A stretch of DNA of 64,000 bases, taken from Deltaproteobacteria bacterium. Lineage in GTDB: Bacteria > Desulfobacterota > DSM-4660 > Desulfatiglandales > HGW-15. Made by a program: the position numbers and the translations under genes. The stretch covers positions 6,156 to 70,155 of the forward strand of contig JAFGGA010000173.1 in assembly GCA_016930835.1 (NCBI GenBank), in the 5' to 3' direction. This document shows, in pieces, positions 44,924 to 54,336 of this stretch. Within the stretch, counting starts at the first letter, position 1. Each line of letters starts with the position of its first letter. The notes below the pieces were generated by a model. That model was not told where the DNA came from, did no database searches, and saw nothing but the letters and a program-made list of their open reading frames with translations.

Positions 44924-46519
44924 TTACTGGGTCCCCAACTTCAACGCCTCGGTCGGATCAATCTTGGCGATTCGACTAAGCATGGTTTTCGTTTTTTGCT
45001 TGAATACCGGTTCCGTTTGGTTGGCATATCCTGTAAAAACCAGCTTGAGCCCTTCCAAGGCCAATAAAGGATCCCAGGTTTCTAATCGATAGGTCTCGAT
45101 GTCATCCAAAATCAGATCCAGGTGCGGCATGGTCATATCAACCCGTTTACAAGCGATTAATGTTTTGCATAAAGCCATTCTCCACATCAGGACCTCTTTT
45201 TGAGAAAGAGATTTTTTGAATTCCATTTGGAACAACCCAACGGCCTCCAACCACTTCTTTTCCTTGATCAGTTTCTGAGCCTGCCCCTGGATGTGGATTG
45301 GGAGATCCGTTTCACCTTCAATAACCCCGGAACCTTTTTGGATAGTTGATACATCCTTTATTTGACCATTACCCGGACGAAGCCCCTGCAACCACAGCCG
45401 TGTCTCCGTATTGGCGAATGGCATCCCGTCTGAAAAACAAAGATCCATGAGACCTGGGAGTCGATAGATAATGGACCCTGTTTCGTGACAAACCGCATCA
45501 TGGGCAGCATGGTAATCTTCCCCTAGCCGGAAAAGGGCCTCAGCCACCCACCTGTTTAAATCAAACCAAAAAATGAATTGAGATAATCTTTGCTCGGCAG
45601 CGACAATAAAGGCATTCCATTGGGCCTTTTCCATCAGATCCATCAATCCTTGTTGGATTTGCGGCGCTGGTGGCTGAATCAGAGTTTGTCCATTGGATGC
45701 GGGTGGAAGTCCTGAGGCCTGCATCCAGGCCGCTGAACGTCGCAACCGGTAAGCCAAAGGATTCTTTAGGTCATTTTCCAGTAGAAAAGCCGCGGCCTGA
45801 CGTATTCTTTGGATACCAGCGGAAACGGCTTTTTGGGCATCCGGTTCCGTGGTGATGGGCGTGCGATCATCCGCGACCGGTGCAATCTTGGGGGCTGATG
45901 TTTGAATCCCTGGCTCAGACCTGGTGGTCCCCTGCTTGGTCATATCGATGGCCGGAGCCGAAACGAGGTCAGCCTTTTTAGGGGCTATAGAGAAAGTCTG
46001 TTCAATAATCCGTTGAATTGGACGGAGCAAGGGTGGTTCCGGCAAAATTTCTTGAAGCAGGGTATCTATCTGAGAAAGGGTATTTTGAATGGCATCCAAT
46101 GTCTCAGGCGCGACCGGACCCGGCTTGATGATTTTCATGGCTGTTTCGCTTTTTTCGATCCACCATTCAATGGCTCCCATGCGCCCCCGCATCCGTTTCT
46201 TGGGCGGGAATAAATCTTCCCAGTAAGTACGAATCAAATCATTTAAAACCATAAGCCCATCCGCAAGCCCGTCCCATTGACGGATATGAATCTGGCTTAC
46301 GGCCAGATAACAGGCCACTAAAAGATCTTTGGATTTCTCGGAAAGGATCTTCGCAGCCAGATCGCTGACCTTTTTCCAATTGATCCCACCGGAAGCCGAA
46401 GGAATGGAGATCTTATCGACCTCTGTCTGGAGTAGATCATACTCCGGCTCATAGCGTATATCCGAACCGGTCGGCCGATCAGGAGTAATGGGGTCTTTTC
46501 CTAATGATGCAATATTCAC
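44924..46519 (-). CDS. tssA: T6SS protein TssA (ImpA N-terminal domain)
   Basis: PITPDRPTGSDIRYEPEYDLLQTEV is the ImpA_N signature. 531 aa. Confidence 0.88.
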   Translation of the reverse strand: MNIASLGKDPITPDRPTGSDIRYEPEYDLLQTEVDKISIPSASGGINWKKVSDLAAKILSEKSKDLLVACYLAVSQIHIRQWDGLADGLMVLNDLIRTYWEDLFPPKKRMRGRMGAIEWWIEKSETAMKIIKPGPVAPETLDAIQNTLSQIDTLLQEILPEPPLLRPIQRIIEQTFSIAPKKADLVSAPAIDMTKQGTTRSEPGIQTSAPKIAPVADDRTPITTEPDAQKAVSAGIQRIRQAAAFLLENDLKNPLAYRLRRSAAWMQASGLPPASNGQTLIQPPAPQIQQGLMDLMEKAQWNAFIVAAEQRLSQFIFWFDLNRWVAEALFRLGEDYHAAHDAVCHETGSIIYRLPGLMDLCFSDGMPFANTETRLWLQGLRPGNGQIKDVSTIQKGSGVIEGETDLPIHIQGQAQKLIKEKKWLEAVGLFQMEFKKSLSQKEVLMWRMALCKTLIACKRVDMTMPHLDLILDDIETYRLETWDPLLALEGLKLVFTGYANQTEPVFKQKTKTMLSRIAKIDPTEALKLGTQ

Positions 46520-46646
46520 ATTTTACCTCGAAGAGGTTTTGTATCTTAGCCTGGGGTTTTAATCTCAGGTTTAAAAAAAATCTAGAGCCGCGATGGGGCG
46601 TTGTGTTTCAATGAAACCGTAATATACTGATGTTACATTAAACCGA

Positions 46647-47372
46647 TCATGACGAAATCGTCCATAATTTAACGAAGTCATTCGCGTTCAAGGATCGACT
46701 AAACACGGCCAGATATGACTTTTCAGGAGTCCCTCCCATCAGGACAATAGCCGGGATCTTGTTTAAACGTGCCTTAAGGCCCTGGTGCCAATGCATAACC
46801 AGTGAAAAAGCGTCATGATCGTGGTTGTCGTTTATGACGGCATAGAATTCATGATCTTTTACTAGGGCCTCAGCGCTTTTTTTAACGGTATTGGTTAAAA
46901 AAGGCGGTGCCTCATCTGCTTGATGATATATCGGCCTCCGCTGTTCCAGGACCGGTGTGGGTAAGCGCTTCATCTCGTCTTCTAGGGCTCTCAAATCCGC
47001 AAACCGAGTAGCAGCAAGATATTCCATTCGATTCCACGGGGTCTCGAACACAAGTGGTAGTAGATCCCAATGTTCTTCCCAGCCTGGCAAGGACCCCATA
47101 CCAATAATAAGAAGAGGATATGGACGCCCCATTCGATCACTACTGTCCCTGCTGATTCCACAAGCGATAGTTCCTCTTCGTTTTCCCGGAACCCAAAACC
47201 GCCAAGAATGAAATCCCATCCCCTTTTTGCGGGATGAAATCAGTTGGCGGTAACCGTTCTCGATCCAACCTGCAAAGGCGTTGGTCAATACATCATTAGG
47301 GCCCAGTTCAAAATAGTCCATGGCCAAAGGATGTTTGCCAATGGCGGTCCATTTCCATGGGGTCTTCATCAT
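46647..47372 (-). CDS. tagF: T6SS-associated protein TagF (DUF2094)
   Basis: WKWTAIGKHPLAMDYF matches the GK.P..gDF TagF N-terminus. ATG 47372 overlaps the tssM stop (TAATG coupling). The ORF track starts it at 47387. Confidence 0.8.
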   Translation of the reverse strand: MMKTPWKWTAIGKHPLAMDYFELGPNDVLTNAFAGWIENGYRQLISSRKKGMGFHSWRFWVPGKRRGTIACGISRDSSDRMGRPYPLLIIGMGSLPGWEEHWDLLPLVFETPWNRMEYLAATRFADLRALEDEMKRLPTPVLEQRRPIYHQADEAPPFLTNTVKKSAEALVKDHEFYAVINDNHDHDAFSLVMHWHQGLKARLNKIPAIVLMGGTPEKSYLAVFSRSLNANDFVKLWTISS

Positions 47373-50300
47373 TATTGATCCCAGCATGCGACAATCTCCT
47401 CTGGTACGCGTCCCGGCCCCGCCTGCAAAAACTGGATAACCGGCTTGTGTTGGTCAAAACGGTATCGCGCGATGATGGATTGGATTTGCATGCGCTTGAG
47501 TTCCGCTTCCTGTTCCGGGAATTCATGCGGATAAAATATACGGGTGCCTTTTTCAAAGTCTTTTAAAAATTTTGCGAAGGCCAGATTTCCCGTGTAGTTT
47601 TTGGTTAAAATCAGGTTGGAGACTTTGATCTTGAAAACGACATCCCCACAGTTTGCCGGAGACCAGTTCACGGTTTCCCGGACCGGGTAATTCAGGTTCA
47701 CCAATTGATAGGTCTTATCGGCACACTGCATTTCCAGCTCAGTCGCATGTGGGATGATGGCGGCCTCTTTATTGGCACCGGTCGGCTCCCCATGAATGGT
47801 TACGCTGTAACTAGCCCTCGCGGGGCGCACTGATTGGGCGCCTTTATTTAGAAAAATGAAGAAATAATTGTCAAAAGGGATGGTTTGTCCATCGATATTT
47901 TTGGCATAAAATCCCCTCTTAAGGCTGGTTGCGATAAAGGGTTTGGCAGTACCCATTACAAATTTACGGGCAAAACCATCTTTGCCGAGGAGATCCTGAA
48001 TGAGGATATTCATGTCGGTTTCACCTTGGACCTCCATCAAGACATCTTTTTCCCAGATGTTTTGTAATTGACACGCGGATTCGCGGGATACAAAGGTCAA
48101 GAGAAAATCAAGAGGACCTTTTACCAAGTTCCAAAATAGTTCCTGGTCCGGTTTGGACCCGCCCAAGGAAACCTGGAATTGGCTGAATGCCCGTCGAGCC
48201 ACAAAATAAGGGGTTTGGCTCGTCGATGGGTCATCACTATAGATCGCCGTTGCGGTCTGAAATGCCGTATCACGGGAGGTCACAGCGATTACGATCTGGG
48301 AGAGGGCATCTTTGAAATCCCTCAAAGCTTGCGCCGCCTTGAGTTTTGATTCTAAGCCGTCTGTGTTGATACCTGTTTTTTCTTCGATCTTCGTAATGGT
48401 CGATCCTAGGGATGTCGTGGCCTTTTGCATGATACCGGCCTTTTCGTCACTTTTTTTTTGGAGCAAAGAAGCTTTGCCGCTCGTGTCTTTAAAAGCATAA
48501 ACACTTTGCACCCACGAAGGCAGTCCAGAGTGTTCGGAAAAAGGTTTCATCTCCTCCACGATACGGTCAAACAACTTAAAATAGGGATTTGCTTCGGTTC
48601 CCATGATGGATGCCATTTGGCGCCATTCCGTTTTATCGTTTAGGCCATCCGCTCCGCGTGGAAACGATCGGCCGAATACGTTCCAGGTGTGGAAATATTC
48701 CTTTCGATACCAGTCTTGGAAGGTCAGTTTATTACCGGCGATAACCACCGGGTCTGTGAGGGCTTCTTCGATTTCCTTAATAAATGATTGAAGTGCGTTC
48801 ATGCCCTTTAGCGTAAAGGCCGGTTCAATCCAGGTTGCATCCTTGGCCGTGAGGCTGCCACCCCAAAAATCCTCCAATCTAAGTGCCGTAAGTCCCTGGT
48901 TGCGGTTGATCCATGCGGCCATCCAATTCAGGTTCGATTTTTCCAATGTAAGGATATGATTTAACCAGGTTTGTAATTGGGCCTTTTCCTGTGTTAGGAT
49001 ATCGGCGTCCTCTGTCCATAATATATAATCGAAATAAAGGCCCGCAATCTTTTGCCCCACTTCCGGGATGACTTCCTGGCCAAGGGTCTGTAGTGTGCGT
49101 TCATAGGTCGGTAGAGGCTTGCCCTTGAGTGTCTCAATTTTTTTATTTTCCAAACGACCCTGGATCAGGTTGATTCGCCTGACCAATTGGGCGATATAAG
49201 CACCGGTGACGTCTTCAGCGGTGTCGGTCGTAAATCCAATAATCGCGCCAGCCATCCTTTCATGGTAGGGTTTCAGAAAACCTTCGCGAAATCGACCGCC
49301 AAACCTGGCTTTGAGTTCCTTTTCAATGCGAATGCTTTCTCTCAGGCCAAATCGTGGAATCCACCAACCACGGTTTTGCTCTTCCACCTTGAGAAGCACC
49401 TGACGAAACTGATCCATTCGGATGATATCGGCAACCAAGTCGTTTTGCGACACAACCGGCTTGGAGACCTCTTTTGCGACCTCTCGCATAATCATGAGGT
49501 TTTTGGCGAACGAAAAGCTCAGCAGGCCACAAAAGGCAACGGCAATGGCAATCCATGCAAGGAGACCCAGATTCCTTGTCAGCCGCCTCCATTCGAGCAA
49601 TCCCAAAGTGGGTTTAAACAAGTGCCTATCAGTGGGCAGAATCCCGGAAAAAAAGTCATGTAGAAAGAATCCTCTACTGGTTCCTTGCAACAATTCACGT
49701 TCATGGATCAATCCAAGCTCTTTTAAAAAATGCGAGTAAGGGCTTCCTTCCTGTTTCCCGCTGCTGAAAAAAATCCCTCTCAAAAAAGGGGTCTCCTGGT
49801 AAGGATTTTCTTGAAATGCGACACGCATGAAGGCGTTCAGACCTGGTTGCAATCGCTCAAACTCTTCAGGGAATAAGAGCAGTTCGGGATCCGGAGCCTT
49901 GGGTTTGGATTTGTGAAAGACCAGCAGCCTAAGGTCTCGCAAACGTTGGACCAGGTGCTCGATTATTTTTTGAGTGATGGATGTTACATCTTTGGAAAGA
50001 TCTTGATTGATCATGCCCATGGCCTGACCCAACGTCTCCTCAGAGAGATTATCGCAGAATCGAGCTATCCCTTGAACAAGGTCACATTTGGTGATCAGGA
50101 CATAGATTGGAAATTTAGCCCCCAGTGAACGCATGAGTTCATCGATACGGTGGCGAATATTGCGTCCATCTTCCTCCAATTCTTCAATCCCTGCCGATGA
50201 TAGTTTGTCGGCTGCCATCGTGATAACCAGTCCGTTTATGGGCTCCTTTTTTCGAAATTTGGATAGCAGCCTCAGGAATTTTTGCCATTCATCCTTGTCC

Positions 50301-50848
50301 CGGCCCTCATCGATCGGGATGGCATAACGTCCGGCAGTGTCCAGGATAATGGCATTTTCAAAGAACCACCAATCGCAATTTCGTGTCCCCGAGATGCCCG
50401 AGGTCTTTCTGACTTCCACAAAGGGTGAAGAGAGCCTCGCACTCTGGAGCGCTGTGGTCTTTCCTGAGCCGCTTTCGCCTAGCACCACATACCAGGGAAG
50501 GATGTACAGAGGGTTCCCGTATTTTTTAAGATGGGATTTTTTAAGCGCCTCTATAGCCTCTTTCCATTGGGATTGCAGACCCTTCATTCCTTCTTTTTCT
50601 TTTTCGGGCAGCCCTCTGTAATGCAATTCATCCTGTTCAATCACCTGCTGCACAAAGCGCTGCTCGCGCCGCCTCAGCAAAAGCCTTTGTGTGAAAGCGA
50701 GCATCAATACCATCCCGAGCAAACCCAATAAAATGAAAAGGCCGACCCACCATGGCCATCCAGCCAACAATACCAACCAAAAGGTCAGGCCGATGATGAA
50801 TAGGAGGAACAACACCATTATGATGACTTTAAATATCTGCCAAATCAT
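47372..50848 (-). CDS. tssM: T6SS membrane-complex protein TssM (IcmF)
   Basis: 1158 aa. N-terminal TM helices, Walker A LGESGSGKTT, and a long periplasmic IcmF-type C-terminal region. Confidence 0.93.
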   Translation of the reverse strand: MIWQIFKVIIMVLFLLFIIGLTFWLVLLAGWPWWVGLFILLGLLGMVLMLAFTQRLLLRRREQRFVQQVIEQDELHYRGLPEKEKEGMKGLQSQWKEAIEALKKSHLKKYGNPLYILPWYVVLGESGSGKTTALQSARLSSPFVEVRKTSGISGTRNCDWWFFENAIILDTAGRYAIPIDEGRDKDEWQKFLRLLSKFRKKEPINGLVITMAADKLSSAGIEELEEDGRNIRHRIDELMRSLGAKFPIYVLITKCDLVQGIARFCDNLSEETLGQAMGMINQDLSKDVTSITQKIIEHLVQRLRDLRLLVFHKSKPKAPDPELLLFPEEFERLQPGLNAFMRVAFQENPYQETPFLRGIFFSSGKQEGSPYSHFLKELGLIHERELLQGTSRGFFLHDFFSGILPTDRHLFKPTLGLLEWRRLTRNLGLLAWIAIAVAFCGLLSFSFAKNLMIMREVAKEVSKPVVSQNDLVADIIRMDQFRQVLLKVEEQNRGWWIPRFGLRESIRIEKELKARFGGRFREGFLKPYHERMAGAIIGFTTDTAEDVTGAYIAQLVRRINLIQGRLENKKIETLKGKPLPTYERTLQTLGQEVIPEVGQKIAGLYFDYILWTEDADILTQEKAQLQTWLNHILTLEKSNLNWMAAWINRNQGLTALRLEDFWGGSLTAKDATWIEPAFTLKGMNALQSFIKEIEEALTDPVVIAGNKLTFQDWYRKEYFHTWNVFGRSFPRGADGLNDKTEWRQMASIMGTEANPYFKLFDRIVEEMKPFSEHSGLPSWVQSVYAFKDTSGKASLLQKKSDEKAGIMQKATTSLGSTITKIEEKTGINTDGLESKLKAAQALRDFKDALSQIVIAVTSRDTAFQTATAIYSDDPSTSQTPYFVARRAFSQFQVSLGGSKPDQELFWNLVKGPLDFLLTFVSRESACQLQNIWEKDVLMEVQGETDMNILIQDLLGKDGFARKFVMGTAKPFIATSLKRGFYAKNIDGQTIPFDNYFFIFLNKGAQSVRPARASYSVTIHGEPTGANKEAAIIPHATELEMQCADKTYQLVNLNYPVRETVNWSPANCGDVVFKIKVSNLILTKNYTGNLAFAKFLKDFEKGTRIFYPHEFPEQEAELKRMQIQSIIARYRFDQHKPVIQFLQAGPGRVPEEIVACWDQ

Positions 50849-51526
50849 TTACGGTACCAAGCTGATTAAATTTTCGCCGATATTATTGAGTATAAACCTG
50901 TACACCCAAAATAACGCCCCAAAAAATATAAGCGGTGAAACGATCCCGATCAAAGTTAAGGATGAGAGCCTTTTTTTGAGGGGCTTCGCGGACGCAAATT
51001 CCTGTTCCTTAGGATAGGCTTCGGGAAACAGCTTCCCTGTGTCAAGAGATGGAAGACCAATTGAACTTCCCAGTAGAATCTTTAGATTTGAAGTCCTCAA
51101 TTGTTCCAAAAGGAAATCATCTCCCTCGTGAATATAACGGCCCGTAAACCCTAGGGCGAGACATAAATAAAATACCTCACGAACATGGCCTTGATGGGGG
51201 CCTAGTGAATTGAGGCGTTCAAAAAACATCTCGCCAGCCCCGGTGGTTTGAAAATGGGTGCGCTGGAGTTGATGTTTTAGCCACTGGTCCTTATCATTCC
51301 AAGGGGCATTTAAGATTGCTTCATCGACCCATGCAAATACGGCAAAGCGTGCGTGATCCATATCCTCATTGGATATCCCTTTGTTTTGAAGGCATGCCTC
51401 GGTCCGGGCCACGAGACCTTCGATCTCCGTTTTGATCTGTTCGAATTGAGGCTGCTGGGAATTGACCGTTTTTAGAAAATACGACACATAGGTCAAAAGC
51501 TCTATAAAGCAGTCCACGATCCGCAT
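50849..51526 (-). CDS. tssL: T6SS membrane-complex protein TssL (DotU), no peptidoglycan-binding extension
   Basis: 225 aa. FAVFAWVDEAILN DotU signature and a single C-terminal TM (LTLIGIVSPLIFFGALFWVY). It abuts tssM. Confidence 0.88.
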   Translation of the reverse strand: MRIVDCFIELLTYVSYFLKTVNSQQPQFEQIKTEIEGLVARTEACLQNKGISNEDMDHARFAVFAWVDEAILNAPWNDKDQWLKHQLQRTHFQTTGAGEMFFERLNSLGPHQGHVREVFYLCLALGFTGRYIHEGDDFLLEQLRTSNLKILLGSSIGLPSLDTGKLFPEAYPKEQEFASAKPLKKRLSSLTLIGIVSPLIFFGALFWVYRFILNNIGENLISLVP

Positions 51527-51528
51527 AA

Positions 51529-52911
51529 CTACCTCCCCACGACCATCAGTTCGACCTTTAAATCTTTAGGGGCCGTATCCCAATACAAGGCAATATTGTG
51601 ACCTTGCTGAACCTGGTCCCATTGATCGCTATGATGATCGATTTCACAATATATGGCCCTGGCTCTTCGGGGTAATTCCTGTGGCGGGGAGGGAAGATGT
51701 TGTAATCGAACACCCGGAAGCGATCGAGCGATCAGGATGGGCAGGGACTCCCTGGACCCCAACTTGGAAATGCCTTGTAATGCCTGCAGCAGGGATTTCG
51801 GGTCGGTTTCCGTTTCAAATACCAAATAAAATCGATTTCGTCCTTCAAATAAGGTGGGTTGCAGCTCCGCACAATAATACGTCCCGTCATATTCGAGCTG
51901 GAAAGTGTGCTCTGGCCCCGCCGTAATTTCATCCAAGAGCCTTGTGATAATGGCGGATGTGCCGCTAAAACAAGACCATAGGTCGCGATGATCGTAGTCA
52001 GCCGCATCACCGGTTCCATCCGAGGCCCTTCCCATAACATCCACCTGTTCCGAAAATGCGGAGAGTTCTCCGATAATTTGTCTTAAGACGGCGTAGACAT
52101 CCCACGGCGATACATAATCATAAGCCGTTAGATGATCGAGTAACGGCACATAACGGTTAAGGGATCTTAAGGCCAAGAGATACACCATGTCTCTGGCACC
52201 GAATTCAGCCGATTGAATCCCCCGATCCCGTTTGTATGCCTCCAACTGTCGACTGCGGGAGGTGATCTGGTCTTTTGTGTCCTTGATCAGTCGTAAAAGT
52301 ATATCCGATGCCTTGATGTTCAGGCAGGGAGGGATGAACCCTTCCGAAAGAATAACCCTCTCGCCCGTTCTTTCCAGCCGTGCAATCGGTATGAGGTGAT
52401 AGTCTCCCAACCGCTCCTTTTCAGTTTCCCAAAATATCTTCAAGACATGGTAAAGCCGTTGAATTTGGGCCGGCGGACCATCATGGTGTAAATCCTTCAC
52501 TTCTTCAGGTTCCGCGGTTGTGACAAAACGCGTGTTCACATCCATTAAAAGGGATAACTTGGGGAGAACGGTCACATTGGCACCGAATTCGTTCCATTTC
52601 CGAAGACCGATATAAACGTCAAGGGGTTGCCCCTTTTCCCCCCAGGCATTATCAAATGAACGTGCTTCTATAAGGGCGTTATCCGGCAGAGAGGTATAGG
52701 TCCCGTCGGGAAAGATAAAGTCACCCTTCAAGAGATTAAAGATCCGGTTGTCTAGAGTGGCTGTTTGGATCTGCATCTCGCCGACACCCCATGGATAAGG
52801 AAGATGGTATTTCAGGAATGAGGCAAGCAGGGATTGATTGTGTTTATCCGTCAGTTGAAAATGCTGAGGCTGCAAAAAAAGGCCCTGACGCCAGAATAAA
52901 GATCTTTCCAT
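51529..52911 (-). CDS. tssK: T6SS baseplate protein TssK
   Basis: LFWRQGLFLQPQHFQ is the canonical TssK N-terminus. Confidence 0.92.
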   Translation of the reverse strand: MERSLFWRQGLFLQPQHFQLTDKHNQSLLASFLKYHLPYPWGVGEMQIQTATLDNRIFNLLKGDFIFPDGTYTSLPDNALIEARSFDNAWGEKGQPLDVYIGLRKWNEFGANVTVLPKLSLLMDVNTRFVTTAEPEEVKDLHHDGPPAQIQRLYHVLKIFWETEKERLGDYHLIPIARLERTGERVILSEGFIPPCLNIKASDILLRLIKDTKDQITSRSRQLEAYKRDRGIQSAEFGARDMVYLLALRSLNRYVPLLDHLTAYDYVSPWDVYAVLRQIIGELSAFSEQVDVMGRASDGTGDAADYDHRDLWSCFSGTSAIITRLLDEITAGPEHTFQLEYDGTYYCAELQPTLFEGRNRFYLVFETETDPKSLLQALQGISKLGSRESLPILIARSLPGVRLQHLPSPPQELPRRARAIYCEIDHHSDQWDQVQQGHNIALYWDTAPKDLKVELMVVGR

Positions 52912-52990
52912 AATAATATCCCCATGGTAATGAACGACTGATCATTCAAATGTAAAGACTTCTAGTGAGCGATCCCGTCATTTATAAGTG

Positions 52991-53058
52991 GCCGCAGGGC
53001 GCAGGCGCAAAAGGAAAAGCGTTTTCCTTGATCCATGCGCCTTGAGCCTTATGCCCTA
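52991..53058. repeat. Family B palindromic repeat at the tssJ / tssK junction
   Basis: GCCGCAGGGCGCAGGCGCAAAAGGAAAAGC / GTTTTCCTTGATCCATGCGCCTTGAGCCTTATGCCCTA. Confidence 0.7.
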
Positions 53059-53065
53059 CACCTTC

Positions 53066-53587
53066 CTATTCGATCTGCTGTGGTCCCAGTTTTAATTCAA
53101 TCTCCAAAGTGTCCAGGATCTGTTTTTGGGCACGCTTAATGATTCCCTTTTTCTCAACAACAACCGGGATTTCATATAGGCGCACGATTCGTTCTTTTTG
53201 GATAAGGTAATAACCGGCCACGACAGCGATATACCTGGCCCCCTGGGCACGGCTTAGATTAAAGACGATATCTTGACCTGGCTGGATAATAAACCTTTCG
53301 GCTCCAACCGTATCGGCATCAAAGAGGCCGCACTCCAGGAGACGGTAAAGACCTTGCTGATCACTTGTAAGATGATTAAAGGCATTCGGGTCTTTGAGTT
53401 GATAGACGCAAAGCATTAGGCTGTGGGATCGATCTTCGCTTAAATTGAGTTGAAAATCCGCCTTGATATGGATTTTGATCGCACCCTCTTCGTAGGTTGT
53501 TTCAGGCGGTGGCAGTTGTTTGGCTGTGCATGAACCGATCAGAAGGATCGACATCAATAAAAGAGACCACGGGATAATCTTTTTCAA
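53066..53587 (-). CDS. tssJ: T6SS outer-membrane lipoprotein TssJ (SciN)
   Basis: The lipobox LLIGSC follows a KKIIPWSLLLMSILL signal. GGAGG lies 8 nt upstream of TTG 53587, which removes the overlap implied by the ORF-track start 53635. Confidence 0.8.
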   Translation of the reverse strand: MKKIIPWSLLLMSILLIGSCTAKQLPPPETTYEEGAIKIHIKADFQLNLSEDRSHSLMLCVYQLKDPNAFNHLTSDQQGLYRLLECGLFDADTVGAERFIIQPGQDIVFNLSRAQGARYIAVVAGYYLIQKERIVRLYEIPVVVEKKGIIKRAQKQILDTLEIELKLGPQQIE

Positions 53588-53600
53588 TCGGGCACCCTCC

Positions 53601-54332
53601 TTATTGCACGAAAAGACGCTGGCAATTGTTCTCAAATTCTCTTAGAAGTTCTTCCATAAAGCGACCGGAGTCAAACCAGTTTTTAAATGCATTGTATTTA
53701 TGGGTGTATAAATCAAAGGACTCGGCCTTCCGGCTTTTCCCCAGTCTAAAACCTTTATCCAATGAATCGGTCATTTTTTCAGGATCCATTTCCACAAGGA
53801 TTTCCAGGACCTTTTTTTCGGCGGCAATCTTAAATGCCTTTTGCGCAATTAAAAAAGCCTTGTTGATTTGATCCAAATAACTCTCCAGGGACCTTGACTG
53901 GCCTTCACCCTCCAGATGGAAACCAATGACCTGTCGGATGGTTTCTATTCCATCTCGCCGGCCCAAGAATGTCATATTGATAACGCTCACCAACCGGTTC
54001 AACACATCGAATATGGTATTCAATGATTCAGCCAGCCTTTGCAACAATTCCTCAGAGCCCAGATCGGCTTGGGTGACCTTTTTTCCCAGCAGGAAAGAAA
54101 AGATTCGGGATAGGATCTCCGGATCAATATTCATTTCATGGTGGGGAAAACTTGTACAGGACCTAAATTGGTCTAACAGTATCTCCAGCGTTTTGATCTT
54201 TTCCTCACAGGAAAGGTCGGACAGCATGTTCTCTAGATAGTCTTCTATCAGTTTTTCAGCCCGTTGCGTGTCTGAAGCATATAATTGAGAGATATCCTTT
54301 ACGAGTTGTCCTGTGTCGTGATGATGTGTCAT
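53601..54332 (-). CDS. Hypothetical helical protein (243 aa), second gene of the T6SS operon; faintly TagH-C-terminal-like
   Basis: ATG 54332 (MTHHHDTG) sits 4 nt after the upstream stop. The C-terminal FDLYTHKYNAFKNWFDSGRFMEELLREFENNCQRL recalls the conserved tail of TagH/Fha proteins. No FHA domain is present. This is a weak call. Confidence 0.45.
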   Translation of the reverse strand: MTHHHDTGQLVKDISQLYASDTQRAEKLIEDYLENMLSDLSCEEKIKTLEILLDQFRSCTSFPHHEMNIDPEILSRIFSFLLGKKVTQADLGSEELLQRLAESLNTIFDVLNRLVSVINMTFLGRRDGIETIRQVIGFHLEGEGQSRSLESYLDQINKAFLIAQKAFKIAAEKKVLEILVEMDPEKMTDSLDKGFRLGKSRKAESFDLYTHKYNAFKNWFDSGRFMEELLREFENNCQRLFVQ

Positions 54333-54336
54333 ATCT

